Positions 13,151 through 26,570 of a stretch of 64,000 nucleotides of DNA are shown piece by piece. The first letter of the stretch is position 1. The number at the start of each line of letters is the position of its first letter. The position numbers and the translations under genes are program-made. This DNA comes from Octopus sinensis (lineage: Eukaryota), in NCBI RefSeq assembly GCF_006345805.1, contig NC_043005.1, positions 62,372,001 to 62,436,000 on the forward strand, read 5' to 3'. The notes beneath the pieces were generated by a model that did no database searches, was not told the origin of the DNA, and saw only the letters and a list, made by a program, of their open reading frames with translations.

Positions 13151-16100
13151 ACCAGAGAATGTTATAAATCAGAAGTATGCAATTGTATATTTGAAACAAA
13201 ATGGGTATATTAGCGTGTACTATATTATATATCAATTTCAGGTGATATTACCAATTAGTTTTTGCACAAGAAATGCCAACTGATATTCTGGTATACTTAG
13301 GTTTTGCAAATATAACTTAAGTGTTATTCCTTTCTTAACCACATAGAGTGTGAAACTGATTGGTAAGATTGGCTGAAATGGATCCATAATACTGTATACT
13401 TTGAGTAATATGTATCTATATACATATTATTTAATAACGGTTTGACTCAACTCTATGCAATTTATAATTTTGTAGGCTTATAGAATGAACGTAGCTTGTC
13501 AGACACTTGGAGATCAAGTAACAAGAAATTAGACAAATTCAAGACTGTTTCTAGATACGTTACTGGTTTGGAAGCAACATCAGATCTTATTTTTGTTTTC
13601 AGGTTCACATAGTCAGACAGGATATTGTCACAGCTATGTTTGGAGGGAGGCTGAGGTAGTGTTTATTTAGCACCATTAGTTTATTGTATTTGTTGCTTCA
13701 TATGGCAGTGTGCAGTGTTGTCATGGGTTAATGGAGAACTAACACTGTAGCATTGACAGCTTTTCTATGGGAGTAACCAGATTTGGTAGTGCTGGATTAA
13801 AATTTTGTAGTGCTAGGTAGGACTGTCAACAACTTGTCGAAACCATGTGGACTTAAGAACAAAGGAGAGATCTGATGTCATTTCAAAAGCAATAACACCA
13901 AGTGATATGGGTTGACCAATAGAGGCCAAACATCTAGAATCCTCTTGGTTTCATTTCTTATTATTTGATCTCAAAATGTCTGATGAGCCAAATTTTTGGT
14001 ATCTGAGCCTATGAAACTAAGTTGTATGGATCCAAGTCAAACTGTTATTAAATAATATAAGTAACTCCTACTGAATGTGTTGAGTGCCATTGCCACTTTC
14101 TTTCATCTGTCTGCTCACTCATATATATGTATGCATGCATGTATGTATGTATGCATTATGTATGTATGTATGTATGTATGTATGTATGTATGTATCTATC
14201 TATATACCTACCTCTGTGTATATGTGTGTGTATGTATATACACACACACATACACTCGACTCTCATATTGCTAAAGGGTAATTCTATAAGTATAGAAATC
14301 TGTTAATTATTGGAAAAACTTCAGTCACAATCAATAAAATTTTTAGATGTGTGTGTGTTCATGTGTGTATGAGTGTAAAATGTTTGCTTTGAAAAGCATT
14401 TCAAAAGGCTGCTGAAACTTAAAATATCACTACTGAAGATGTGTTAGTAGGTGATATATCTAATCTTAATAATTGATCTCTAACAGTAGAATTAATACAC
14501 ATAATTAGAAATAACAAATTAGATAAATAATAAATGCTTTATGATACAAAGCATTTTTAAACTACTATTAAATGTAAAAGAGTTCAAACTAAATTTTCAT
14601 GTTTTAACAAAAATGAATTTACTACTTCGATTCTGTAGTAAATATAAAGAAAGAAAACATTTTATATGTTTCAATAAGTAAGGCTAAAGCTAAAATTTTA
14701 TTTTGGAAACTAAAATAAAGGATTAAGCCATCTTTGAAAACAACACTATTTGACAAACATTAGCAGAAACACAAAGATCATCTCAGAATGCATGTTTTAA
14801 CCACAAAAACCCACAATTAGTATTAGTCTATTGATATCACGATTATGAGCATGATCCTTGTCAAAACTTAAAATGATGTTTGTCAGAAATGTTTTCTAAG
14901 ATGATAAACAATGGAAAATGAAATCTAAGAACTTTAACGAGTGAATATCAAGTACTTCATAACATTTTATGAAACAAAGATAGTAACCTGGTAAGATAAT
15001 GTTCAACACCAATTTGCTGACTACTACACCATTATCATCATCATTTAACATTTGTCTTCCATCATGATGATGTAAAAAAATTGGTGTTGCTAAAGACAGT
15101 AAATAAAAATAAATTGAAAAAAAAATTTTTTTAACAATTTTACATTTTTGCTTTCCTTACTAAAATAGATTACTTTTTTTGGTAAATTGTATAGAAGTTA
15201 GGTAGTTTTCCTAACATTAACCAAATAGTAAGAATGGGACACATTTTTATCAGTCAAACAAAATGGGACAAGTTCTGTTACATGCCCTTATTAAGAGTAC
15301 AATGCAACAGATCTAGTGACCAGGCCACATTATCAGCCCTTAACTTCACAAATAAAATTTAACACCTCAAATTCATTGTTGTTGTTTAGTAGACCTATAA
15401 TCAAAAGCATTCTAGCAAAGACCATCCCATTTTATCCCATACATACTGTATATAACATTATATTAAACAATGTACTGCATTACTAGTAGCATCTATAGTA
15501 ACTTAGACTACATTAGTTTTTAACAGGATAAAAGTGGTATGAGGGTGATCTGACTTCTATTTCTGGAAGGTTAAGCAAATAGAGGTTTTCTTACTAGCTT
15601 GAAATTTATCTTGATTTTTATGTCTGGTTATTAATGTTGAGAAATAAAATGCTATGTAAAACTAGCTAGATCGAGTCAAATTTTGAATTATCAGACAACA
15701 CAAATTTTATGGGACACAGTTATATTCTATAGCTACCACTTAACTTCCAGAACATACAGATGCTGCATGAAATATCACCTTTATGAAACAGTTCATTCCA
15801 TACAATTCAAACAAACTATGAAGCCAAATTTAGTCAATGAATATTGAAAGTAAGCTGTAAAAGCAAACTCATATGTGCTTCTGTCTCCACTTACATATGT
15901 ATATATATATATATATATAGGTAGACAGATAGATAGATAGATATATGTATATATAAATATACACATACATAAATATACATATATGTATGTATGTAAATAT
16001 GATACACATATGATTACATACATGCATGCACACATAGATACACACTCTCATATATAAATATACAAGTATATATATGTTTAACTTGCACAAGAAATGACAA

Positions 16101-16888
16101 TTGATATTCTGGTACAAATATAGTTTTGCAAATGTAACTTAAGTGTCATACCTTTCTTCACCACATAGATAAGAGAAATACAGAAAGAACATTATTTAAA
16201 ATTATAAATGAACAACGACTGGTCTCTCTGGAATGAAAGAATGTTGTACACAGTATGACAACAATGCTAATGATAGACAGAAAAGCAACCTTAAGAAATT
16301 CCTAAGAGACATAGGTTTGTGTTTTAGGAATGATAAGAGGAAATGTATATTTTGAATATATGTCAAGCAGAACTACCCTTTGGTTATCTCAAAACATTCA
16401 AAATCCATAAAAAATATGTTTATGCTTAACATATCAACAGCATTGCAGGAATTGTTTCATTGTTTTTGTTTTCAAGAAAATCTTTCCTTTGTTGCGTCTT
16501 CCAATGAAGGAAACTGCTCATGGCTTATGAAGGCCTACCTGTGTACAAATTGAGTGAGTAGAATAGATATGTAGTTAATTTATTTGTAAAGGTGGTTGTC
16601 AGAATAGGTAGAGACATAGCAAAGGAAAGGTAGGGAGTCTACAGAGATGTCTTTCTATAAAGAAGGATTATGTATGCCAATCAGGGAATGATGTAATAAG
16701 CAGAGACATAAAGAATGATTAAAAATTATGTTATGTAAGTGATAGATGTTGTTTGGATTATGTGTATACATTATCATAATGACAGAATAAGCAGACTGGA
16801 GAGAAAATATAACCTTGGTTTAAAAGCTGATGATTGTTGGTAAAGAAAACGTATCTCTATTAGATGGATTACTCTTTTCTAAATATTA

Positions 16889-17246
16889 GTTTCAAATTTT
16901 TGCACCAGGCCAGCAGATTTAGGGAGAGGGCAAGTCATATACAACAACCCTAATGCTCAACTGGTACTTATTGATTTTGCCTTTCATCCTTTCGGGGTCG
17001 ATTAAATAAGTACCAGGTATGCACTGGGGTCGATATAATCGACTTAATCCGTTTGTCTATCCTTGTTTGTCCCCTCTGTGTTTAGCCCCTTGTGGGTAGT
17101 AAAGAAATAGGTATTTATTTTATCAACCTTGAGAGGATGAAAGACAAAAATGACTTTGGAAGAATTTGATCTCAGAACACAAAGACAGATGAAATGCCAC
17201 GAAGCATTTTGTCCAGCATGCTAATGATTCTGCCAGCTTGCTACCT
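16889..17246 (-). mobile_element. SINE family B copy interrupted by an opposite-strand related SINE fragment (16973-17109)
   Basis: The host halves rejoin across a ggtacttatt / ggtatttatt duplication. The insert carries gcctttcatcctttcggggtcgattaaataagtaccag on the + strand. Confidence 0.75.
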
Positions 17247-19075
17247 AACTCTTTTCTACATATAACTTCATATCTGTGTTCCTTAGCCATTTTAAACTTT
17301 GTAGAAACTGTGGATTGAGTTGTTTCTAAAGAAAATTCTAAGAATTGATAGACACTAGTGGACTTACTGAAATAAACTTAATATCTGAATAAATTTAAAT
17401 AAATAAATGTAACATCTAAGATAAACTTGGATGTTGATGATCATATGCAGCAAAGCACTGATTACATTTTACCTAACTATCAATACCTTTTGTTTTATAT
17501 ATCTAGATGCAATGACAATTTTAAAATCTTTTCTAATAATAAATTTTCTTCTAGTTAAAACATTTTGAACATAAAAACAAAACTAGTATGAATAGAAAAA
17601 ATTTATTTCCATTGTATAATTTGGTGCATTACTCATTTTTTAAAAATATGTTACAAGTAATAGTTTTCATTCAGAAATATTTTCCTATCCAAAATTAAAG
17701 GAGAAAAGACTACAAGTTACAAATATCTGTTCATATTTTCAGATTTTAATCTTATTTATTGCCAAGGCTAAAAAAAGAAGAGAGAGAGAGAGAGAGCAAC
17801 AAACAGGCAGACTGAGACAGATAGAGAAAAAGAGAGTGGAAGGGAAAAAAATGATTTAAAAATAAATGACAGAGAAATAGATAACTTTTCATAAAAGAGG
17901 GACGCTTAATGGATGCAATAAGCACCTTACAATGAAATAAGCAAATATTTATTTTTAGAGTTTATGAATAGAAACAACAATTACCATTTGCTATCTTATT
18001 TATAATCTTGCTATATTTATGACACTTACAAATATTGTTACTTGCATAAATTTCTAAATTGTGATAATGTTTAAGTAATTTTGTATGATTCAGATAGAAG
18101 TTAGAAGTCTGTTCAGTACTTTAAGCAGTAGCAACAGTTTAAACATGATAAGGATTAATCCATACTTAGTGCTATAACTTAGAGATAGTACATCTTGCTT
18201 AAGGTGCACTATTTGGAAACCTCTGTTATCCCTACTCATTTCCATATCGTGAGACTTTCTCACAATACAATCATTATGAATCTGTTGCCTTTATTACCAT
18301 TGGGATGTTTTATTCTCTTTTTTGTTATCCACTTCTTATACACTTTATCATACTCCATTCTTTGTTACTTTCATCTCACATTTTTCATATACCATTATTT
18401 TCTCTGTTTCTTTATTGTAATCTAAAGAAAGCTCCAAGTCTTTTAGTTATCTCTTTCTTTACACTTGTTTAATATCATATTTTCTTTCTGAGATTGGAGT
18501 TTTGCAAATTTACATTTTAGAATAATTGTCTTTGCAGTTAAATCTCATTAACCTTACTATTGTTAATTTTCAAAATGCAAAGCAGAAATTCAACCTTATA
18601 GCCATCAAATAGACTAAGGCAAACAGATAAACAGAGATATGTGACATTCACAAGAAACACAATACAAGAGTTATAATAATATGACTTCAATTCCTATTCA
18701 TGTCCTTTAATTAATCTAAACTGTCACATATATTGGTGCCTATCATCCATATCTGGGTTAATTGATATCAATTATCAATGTAGAATATATCAATATAGAA
18801 TTAAATGTTGACTCCATCCCCTGAACTCCCTAACTCAGAAATCAAATATTGCCCTAAGTGAGCCAAAATAAATATAGTAATTGATTGCAATAAAAAAAAA
18901 ACATATATTTAGTAATTGTTGCCCATCAAGAATATTATTTAAAATTAAATGTCTCATTATTTGAAATTTAAAAATAAATGGCGAGTCCTTTGTTTTAAAT
19001 GGCATTGACTATTTTATATACAGTTTGAAAATAAATATGACACAACTTTTAAATTATTTCAGAATTTCAAATTAC

Positions 19076-19139
<64 letters not shown>

Positions 19140-20071
19140 AACACACATATATATATGTGTGCATGTACACACACACACAAATATTTATATAAACAATGGT
19201 ATGTGCATACACATATACAAACTTATACATACATATATATATATGTGCGTGAGTGTGTTTGTATACACACACATACATATATATATATACATATGATCTT
19301 TTAGATAACTTAATTGATTAAATTTGAAAGGTGTGCTATATTTTAACTTTATACCAGGAAAAGTAAATCACTTCAGATAATCACAAATTTCCAATTTTTT
19401 CTTTCATTTCTCAATAGTTAAAGCTTTTATCACTAATTAGAATTGAATTTCATAAGATAATACAAAGAAATAACAAATATGAACGATGAAAATTAATAAA
19501 ATTAAACAGCCATAAAGTGTTTCATCCATTATTAGCAACAGTACATATCTAATGCCCTATATTTATGATAAGACACATCTCAGTGTAAAACATTTTTGGG
19601 GATTGAATCATAATTATTCTGACTGAGAAATTTAAAACATGAAATTTCATATTCAAAACACATCACAATAAGAATTTTTGTATTTGAGCAAGAAATACAT
19701 TTCAATTTACTAATGAGGTTAGTAATTAACACTTACATAGCCTGCTGGTTTTCAATAGAGGCTATCCCTAGTAAGCTTATGTAGTAGTTCATTATTCAAA
19801 AGTTAAAAATAAATGATGAGCTAGATAATTAACACATAAGTGAAAATTAAATGCTGAGGAAACATTAGGAAAAGGAAAAATTGCTAAACGAATGTGAACG
19901 ATATTTTGGAGATGAGTATTGTACAGACTATTAAATATCACTGAAAAATAGTTTTTAAATTCATATATATATATATATAAAGATAGAGATCCACCTGATT
20001 CTCTTCATAGTGTATGTAGAAATAGTTGCTACTGTCGGTATTGTTGTTAAAACCAAGTTACACTGATCAAA

Positions 20072-20235
20072 CTGATTTATGATCAAAGGTATTCTTGATA
20101 TGACAACTACATTCTTGTTGCAACTGTAGGACTACAATATTTATTATCTTTCCTTCGTTAAGGTGGTAGAAAGTATAATTTGAGAGAATTTTGTTGCTTT
20201 TTCTAGCAGATTGAGTGACCACATAGAGGTTCCCT
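20072..20235 (+). mobile_element. Old dispersed repeat (related copies near 15385-15600, 39115-39330, 39790-39930, 42120-42280; inverted near 31945-32135)
   Basis: Shared blocks gac(c/t)tatgatcaaaggyatt and gagrgaratttg...tatttctagcag...acatagaggy. Confidence 0.5.
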
Positions 20236-22508
20236 TTTTTGCTCAGTAGAAATAGGCTGTTGAAATCTGTTGAAAGAGAGAACAAAATGACTAATATCTT
20301 CAATTTCCTAGTAAGAAAAGGAGACAACTCAAGTCCTGTATCACTCTTATTTTGACCTTGTCAACAAAGCATAACAACCCTCATATTTGCCAAAGTAGTG
20401 ATGAGTGAATCACAAAGTAACTATACAGAATTATACATTTATTAGTATACAAAAATTGTATTGTTTAAGGATTATATGACTCAGAATCATCATCTGTACA
20501 AAAATATTAGCTAAGTCACTGTTAATATTTAGTGTTATGAGCGAGTGTGAAATAGTCAATTTCAGCAGGCACATTTTTCAGGAAACAAGCATATTTTTCA
20601 AGAACAAGACCATTATAATTGTACGTATTATTATCATTTGTAAAACAGAATGAATTCATGTGTTTTCTGATTTTCCAAACTGTGATAGGGTCCTTATTCA
20701 TGGAAGAAATGTATAATTTGAGTTAGGGTAAATATATTTAATGTATGAAGCATTAAAAATTTAATCAAACTTAAATAAGTTCTGAGAAAAAATTTCATTA
20801 ATCAATAACTAATATGTCACAGGTTTTAGAGATGAAATAATTCAGTGATGCAGTCAATATGAAAAACAATAAGATAAGTCTAGTGGTAAAGTATTTAATG
20901 CATAGAGCATTAAAATTCTGTTTCTCAACACCAAGGAATGAAGTAGAGGAAAAATTCACAATTAATCTGTAAGTTAGTTTTAACAGGTGGAATATAAAAA
21001 CAATTTTTTTCTGAATACCTCTTTAATAGAGACAATATGACAAAGCAAATTTAAGCACTTCTTAATCCAAAGGCACCATAGGCCATACGAATACGTTACT
21101 TTGAAGTCTTTTAAAATGAGTTCCTTGTCAAAAGATAGGTGGTTCTATTAAGATATAAACATACTTCATGTTGACAAAAGCATTTATGTTGAAAAGCGAT
21201 ATGATAATTTTGGTGGAAAATTATTTTTGAAGTTCAATGCATGCTTTGAAATTAAACCTCATATTCTTGTATCATCTTAAAGAAATATTCTATATGAAAT
21301 CATCAAGTTTTTCAGCTTTTACAATAATTTACATTAGTGATCATAAAAGCTATTTGACTCAGAAATATAGATAGAAAAACAATGAAGTAAAAATTGGAGT
21401 TTCTTAGATATTTCATTTCAATACAATGTAAATATTAACAGATACTGCTCTAGAATTACAAAGATATATATCCTATGAGGCCAGTATGTCTAGCTATTTA
21501 TTTTGAATTTTAGAATGTCTCCTGCAAGTTTTATATTAAATATATCCTTCACTATAATGAGTTACACCTCATTAAACAAGCTTTTCTCTTAACTTTGCAT
21601 AAAAATTGATATATAAAACAAGTCTAATATTTTAAATTTATTTCATTATTTTTATGTATCGTATATTTGTGTGAAAGGATCATCATAATTTGTGAGTAGA
21701 GTAAATAGTTTCAAAGAAACTAAGTAGAAAACTAATGTGCTTGAAAGTGGATGGGTATGAATAAATACAATAAAGCAAAACTGACAAGACACACTTCAAA
21801 ACCCATTATTTTAATCATTTCTGAGTTACCATTGTATCGCAGATCCTGTTTTTGTTCTATACAAGGTGTATAACTTACTTGTGACAGCTAAAACCAAAAT
21901 AGTTTCTACTCTGACTTCATGGTTTAGTGGGTTCTAGACAAGCAGTTGTCACTCTGATAATACATGCAAAAGTCTATGTTGATAAGAAATGGATTTTAAT
22001 TATGACCTATAAGACTAACAATATATTCACAAAGAATAAAATAGTGTAATTTCCTAAATGTTAATCAAGACTGAATATTGGTGAAAGCAATGAATAGTAA
22101 AGAACATATGAAATTTGTAAGATTGCCAAAGTTAAAACACAGTTTAAAAATATATTTCAGGAGCCAAGTGTTAGGATTGTAAATGTAATCAACAATACTG
22201 TGTGAAGAAAAAGGGAAAATAAAATTCAGACTATTATAATTGAGACTGACCTAAACAGAGAAATACAATAAATAAAAGGAACAACAGGCTGCAGAGAATG
22301 AAAAATAAATGTGAAAATAAAAAATAAATAGAAATACTGAGTGATGGTGAATACACTGATACAGAAAACATTTTTACTATGACAACAAAGTTGATGTCAT
22401 CAAAAGTAGTGACCAAAGGAATAACTTGACAGGCATATGCTTGTAGAAAGGAAAAGTATTTAGCAACAGGACTTAGTATTCAGATCTGACAGATGATCAT
22501 CTCACAAA

Positions 22509-22698
<190 letters not shown>

Positions 22699-24108
22699 AC
22701 AGTAACAACAATACAATGATTATTGTTTTCATAATGTCATCTGAAAAAATCTGATTTTTCAGTTGGAATATTTACCAGAAGAAAAAATCCCTCAGAAAGT
22801 AATAAAATATTTAAAGAAATCAGAATATGACATTGCACTATGAATTATTGGAAAGATTGATGTAAAATGTAAACAAAGAGAATTGAAGAGTGTTAGTGAA
22901 ATAAGATAGGAAAGCTACTAAATCAAGCTAATAAAGAACATTGGTTAGTAACGAAAAATTGAAACTAACCAAGATAAAAGAATCATGATGTATATTAATT
23001 TTAAATAACATGTTTGGAGGTTAATGACAAAATGAATAAACAGTATTGATGCATAACACATTTTATGTTCCAGTTGATGTTAAAATAAAGATGAAGAGAA
23101 TTCCACCAAAGTATCACATAGGTATGAAAACAGGAAATTGTTTTTTCATTTCAAAGTAATTAGGTTATTTTTAACTACAGCTTAATTCTTATACTATTTT
23201 TATGGTTTTCTTGGTTCCAGTTTTTATATCTATAATGTACTTATAAGTATGATAAATGTACAAATTCAAATTTACATAAGTTCTCTTTCGTAACAGGATT
23301 TTTTTCTCATTATCTACAGACTATTTGATTTCAGTTATGTACAGATTAAAATAAGCCGAACAATCAGTCTTGATCAAAGTTATTGTACCTGCAGCAAAAT
23401 TTGAACTAATATCATCATTAACCTTATATCTTTCCTGAAGCAATTTGCTATGACACTATAGTAAGAGTTTAATAGCATCTAATATACTTTAAAATGGTTT
23501 CTCTACTTTTGTTGAGTCCATATGAAAATCCAAAGAACATTTAAATTAGAGTTGTGATAGTTTTTCTCAAAGATATTATTAAGTATAATTAAAGAGAACT
23601 GAAACTAGGTCATTGACTTCATTTAATGGAATCTTAACTATGTGCACCCATAGTTAGCCACATTTAGAAACAATATTTAAATTTATTGACACCAACCCAT
23701 GCCGAATTCCCTCTGATATTCCAAATCAAAGATTATTCCAGTATGCCTGAAGGTTTGATTATATCTCTAACACTGTTCCTTCTAAATATTACTGATCTTG
23801 CTGCTGATACCTCTAATAATATGCACGACTATACAGATAGTCATTAACCCTCATTCTCTCTTTGCCTTCTGCACACAGGAAGTACCTGTATGCAATTAGA
23901 TACTTCATGCCAAATTTGTACTGCTTCCATATAATTGCTGTTAGTTTTATTATACATGAAAATTAAACCTCCCACTCCAATGTCTCGACAAATGCTAAGT
24001 TTCGCAGTTCTTGATGATGTAACTGCATCCAGAACCAGGTTTCTTTTTTAGGCTAGAAAATACTTCAGTAGTGAGGAGTTGTTGACTTGGTACAAGGCTT
24101 TAATGTGA

Positions 24109-24427
24109 AGGCATGTAGCTTAGTGGTTAAAGTATTCAGCTCATGATTGTAAGGTCATGAGTTCGATTCTTGGCAGTGCATTTTGTCCTTGAACAAGACA
24201 CTTTATTTCACATTTCTCCAGTCCACTCAGCTGGCAAAATTGAATTGTACCCATAATTCAAACAGCTAGCTTTCTCACATTTTGTGCCATGCTGAATCTT
24301 GCTGAGAACTATGTAGAGAGCATGCATGTTTGTAGAGCACTCAGCCACTTGCATATTAATTTCATGAGCATGCTGTTCCATTGATTGGATCAACTGGAAT
24401 CTTCACTGTCATAACCGATGGAGTGTC
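24109..24427 (+). mobile_element. tRNA-derived SINE family C (CORE-like), full length
   Basis: A-box tagcttagtggttaa, B-box gagttcgattct, CORE-like gtccttgaacaagacactt. The 3' half is shared with 53944-54130 and 38726-38915. Confidence 0.75.
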
Positions 24428-26029
24428 AGTTAATCAAATTAAATGAGAACCATATCAGTATGTAATTCACAGTTCTAGTATGATAGTGTTGCTACAGACA
24501 CAAACATTCTAGACCATTGTAAGCCATTTAGCTGATTGGAAAAACTTTCAGGCACAGATGTAGCTTTCTATTTATATACCTTTACTACAATGAATTCCAA
24601 GTCATACTCCTGTTTCTTATTCTTTTGCTGTACCTGCAATATTTCATCCTGTAAACCATACTTGTTCCAGTCATTCATTTTAAAAACTGCATTCTTCTGA
24701 AATTCCTTTCCGCTTAAACAGCAGAAATTCACTATGAATACCAAGCATACCCTCTTAAAAGTGCATGTAAAAGTTGTAAGTTTCATGTGTCTTTTTCCTT
24801 AGGATATCTAAATAAATCAATGACAAAGCTTATGGATGGCATGAATATTGTTTATATACATTAATACTTCACTTCCAATGAGAAAAGAAATCTTTAAAAT
24901 CTCATTGACAGATTATTAGAATAATTATCAGTTACATTTGAAGAGTGGCAGAATAAAGAAATAAAGATTAATATAGCATATTACATTTTTTTCTGTAAGG
25001 ATTTACACTAGAGAATTTCAGAGCTGGAGTAAAAGAGTATTGAAATGGGAAAACAAAAGTTTTACAAAATGCAAAACAAAATAAAAACAAACCATAGGCA
25101 AGAGAATAAAAGACAAAACAATATGGTTTCACAGCGATTTTACAATCCAGAACATGTTTCCAAGAGGTTCGAGATGCATAAACAGTGCAAAGATAGTTAA
25201 GTAATGTAATGCTCATGATTCCAACATTTAAAACTACTTACACTTAGCAGTGACTATTACTGCAGACAAAATCAATTTTAAATTATCCTGCTTTTGTTTG
25301 CATGGCTACTTAATGTTGGAGCAGATTACTGCCAGATTTTCTACTAATATCACTGTCCGCTATAACTACTTAACTAACATTTTCCTAGCTGAGCAACATG
25401 AAGTGTAAGAGTTATATTGATAACGAGCACACATCTGAAATCTTGCTTGAGAGAAAAGATTATGTATAATACATTTGGTCTCTTATTATTCCAAAATTGG
25501 AAATCCAAGGCTCACTTGGAGAGATATTAATGTAAATTCTTAGCAGACATAGAGAGATGGCTGAGATGGGTAACTAATGGATATTTTTAAAAGAAATATT
25601 TTAATGGATATAGCATTTGTGATTTCTGAATTATGTACAAAAACAGTTGAAATGACCTTTATGTCTAACTAAAGATATAGCTGTTAATACTGTCTATCAG
25701 GTTTGCTTGTCCTCTTATATTTAGATGTAAGATTATGACAAGATGGTGTCTTTATAGTTCAGTGCTAAATAGACATAACTAAAGAGTACATTTTCTTTAT
25801 TATCTAGAGCAATAACTTTAAGATCTATTAATGCTACCTCATCCTCCAGTTTCTCTGATGTCAAGAGGTGGTTGATAAATATATAATATAATGACAGTAA
25901 TTGTGAAAAAACAACTTCCTAAAGTTGTTAAACTTCTGGAATGACCTGTTTCTTTGAATCTATATCACATATGTCATTTGAGTTTACTGACACTTCATTA
26001 AATAATTTAAACATGAATTAATTTAGTCA

Positions 26030-26074
<45 letters not shown>

Positions 26075-26154
26075 AAGGGTGGAAAGGAACACACGAGTTG
26101 ATATATATGAAAAAACAAGTCAAAAATAGAAAATGCTAAGATAATTTTATAGTG

Positions 26155-26207
26155 AATCTTTCAGTACCGGTTTCGGTCATTTTGAGACCTTTTCAACTGT
26201 AACGATT
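26155..26207 (-). ncRNA. Second, identical hammerhead motif on the opposite strand (left arm of the palindrome)
   Basis: Exact reverse complement of 26447-26499 (aatctttcagtaccggtttcggtcattttgagaccttttcaactgtaacgatt). Confidence 0.7.
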
Positions 26208-26446
26208 AAATAATTAAATTTAGAAAAATTAGAAGAAAAGTTTTTTTAAAGGAATATTTCTATAGTAGTGTTCAGATATAAGTGGCATTCTGCCTTTCTC
26301 TGACTCCCTTGTTTGCACTTGTGTGTTCGAGGTCGTTGCAAACAAGGGAGTCAGAGAAAGGCAGAATGCCACTTATATCTGAACACTACTATAGAAATAT
26401 TTCTTTAAAAAAACTTTTCTTCTAATTTTTCTAAATTTAATTATTT

Positions 26447-26499
26447 AATCGTTACAGTTGAAAAGGTCTCAAAATGACCGAAACCGGTACTGAAAGATT
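26447..26499 (+). ncRNA. Minimal type I hammerhead ribozyme motif, U3:A8 core variant
   Basis: aatc-gtta-CAG | UUGAAAA | GGUC ucaaaau GACC | GAAA CCGG UA^ | CUG-aaa-gauu. Helix I CAG/CUG plus aauc/gauu; helix II 4 bp closed by G-C; palindromic helix III ACCGGU. Confidence 0.7.
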
Positions 26500-26539
26500 C
26501 ACTATAAAATTATCTTAGCATTTTCTATTTTTGACTTGC

Positions 26540-26570
<31 letters not shown>

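Larger units (their letters stand above)
26101..26553. repeat. Near-perfect 217-bp inverted repeat with 19-nt spacer (inverted Penelope-like pseudo-LTR fragment)
   Basis: 26101-26317 pairs with 26337-26553; I count 3 mismatches. Spacer is cttgtgtgttcgaggtcgt. Embedded between (TA)n tracts. Confidence 0.95.

Noticed and set aside
13603-13655. Plus-strand exon-like segment (ttttgttttcAG...GAG|gtagt)
   Set aside because: 53 nt, weak donor, no recognisable peptide, no partner exons, and opposite strand to the supported gene.
13978-14025. CTGATGAG...GAAAC hammerhead candidate
   Set aside because: The hairpin after the core is separated from GAAA by about 12 unpaired nt; helices I and III do not form.
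24580-24633. Minus-strand 54-nt exon-like segment (VQQKNKKQEYDLEFIVVK) with AG/GT ends
   Set aside because: Poor polypyrimidine tract, weak donor (gtatat), and it does not continue the L27 domain; cannot be excluded without RNA-seq.
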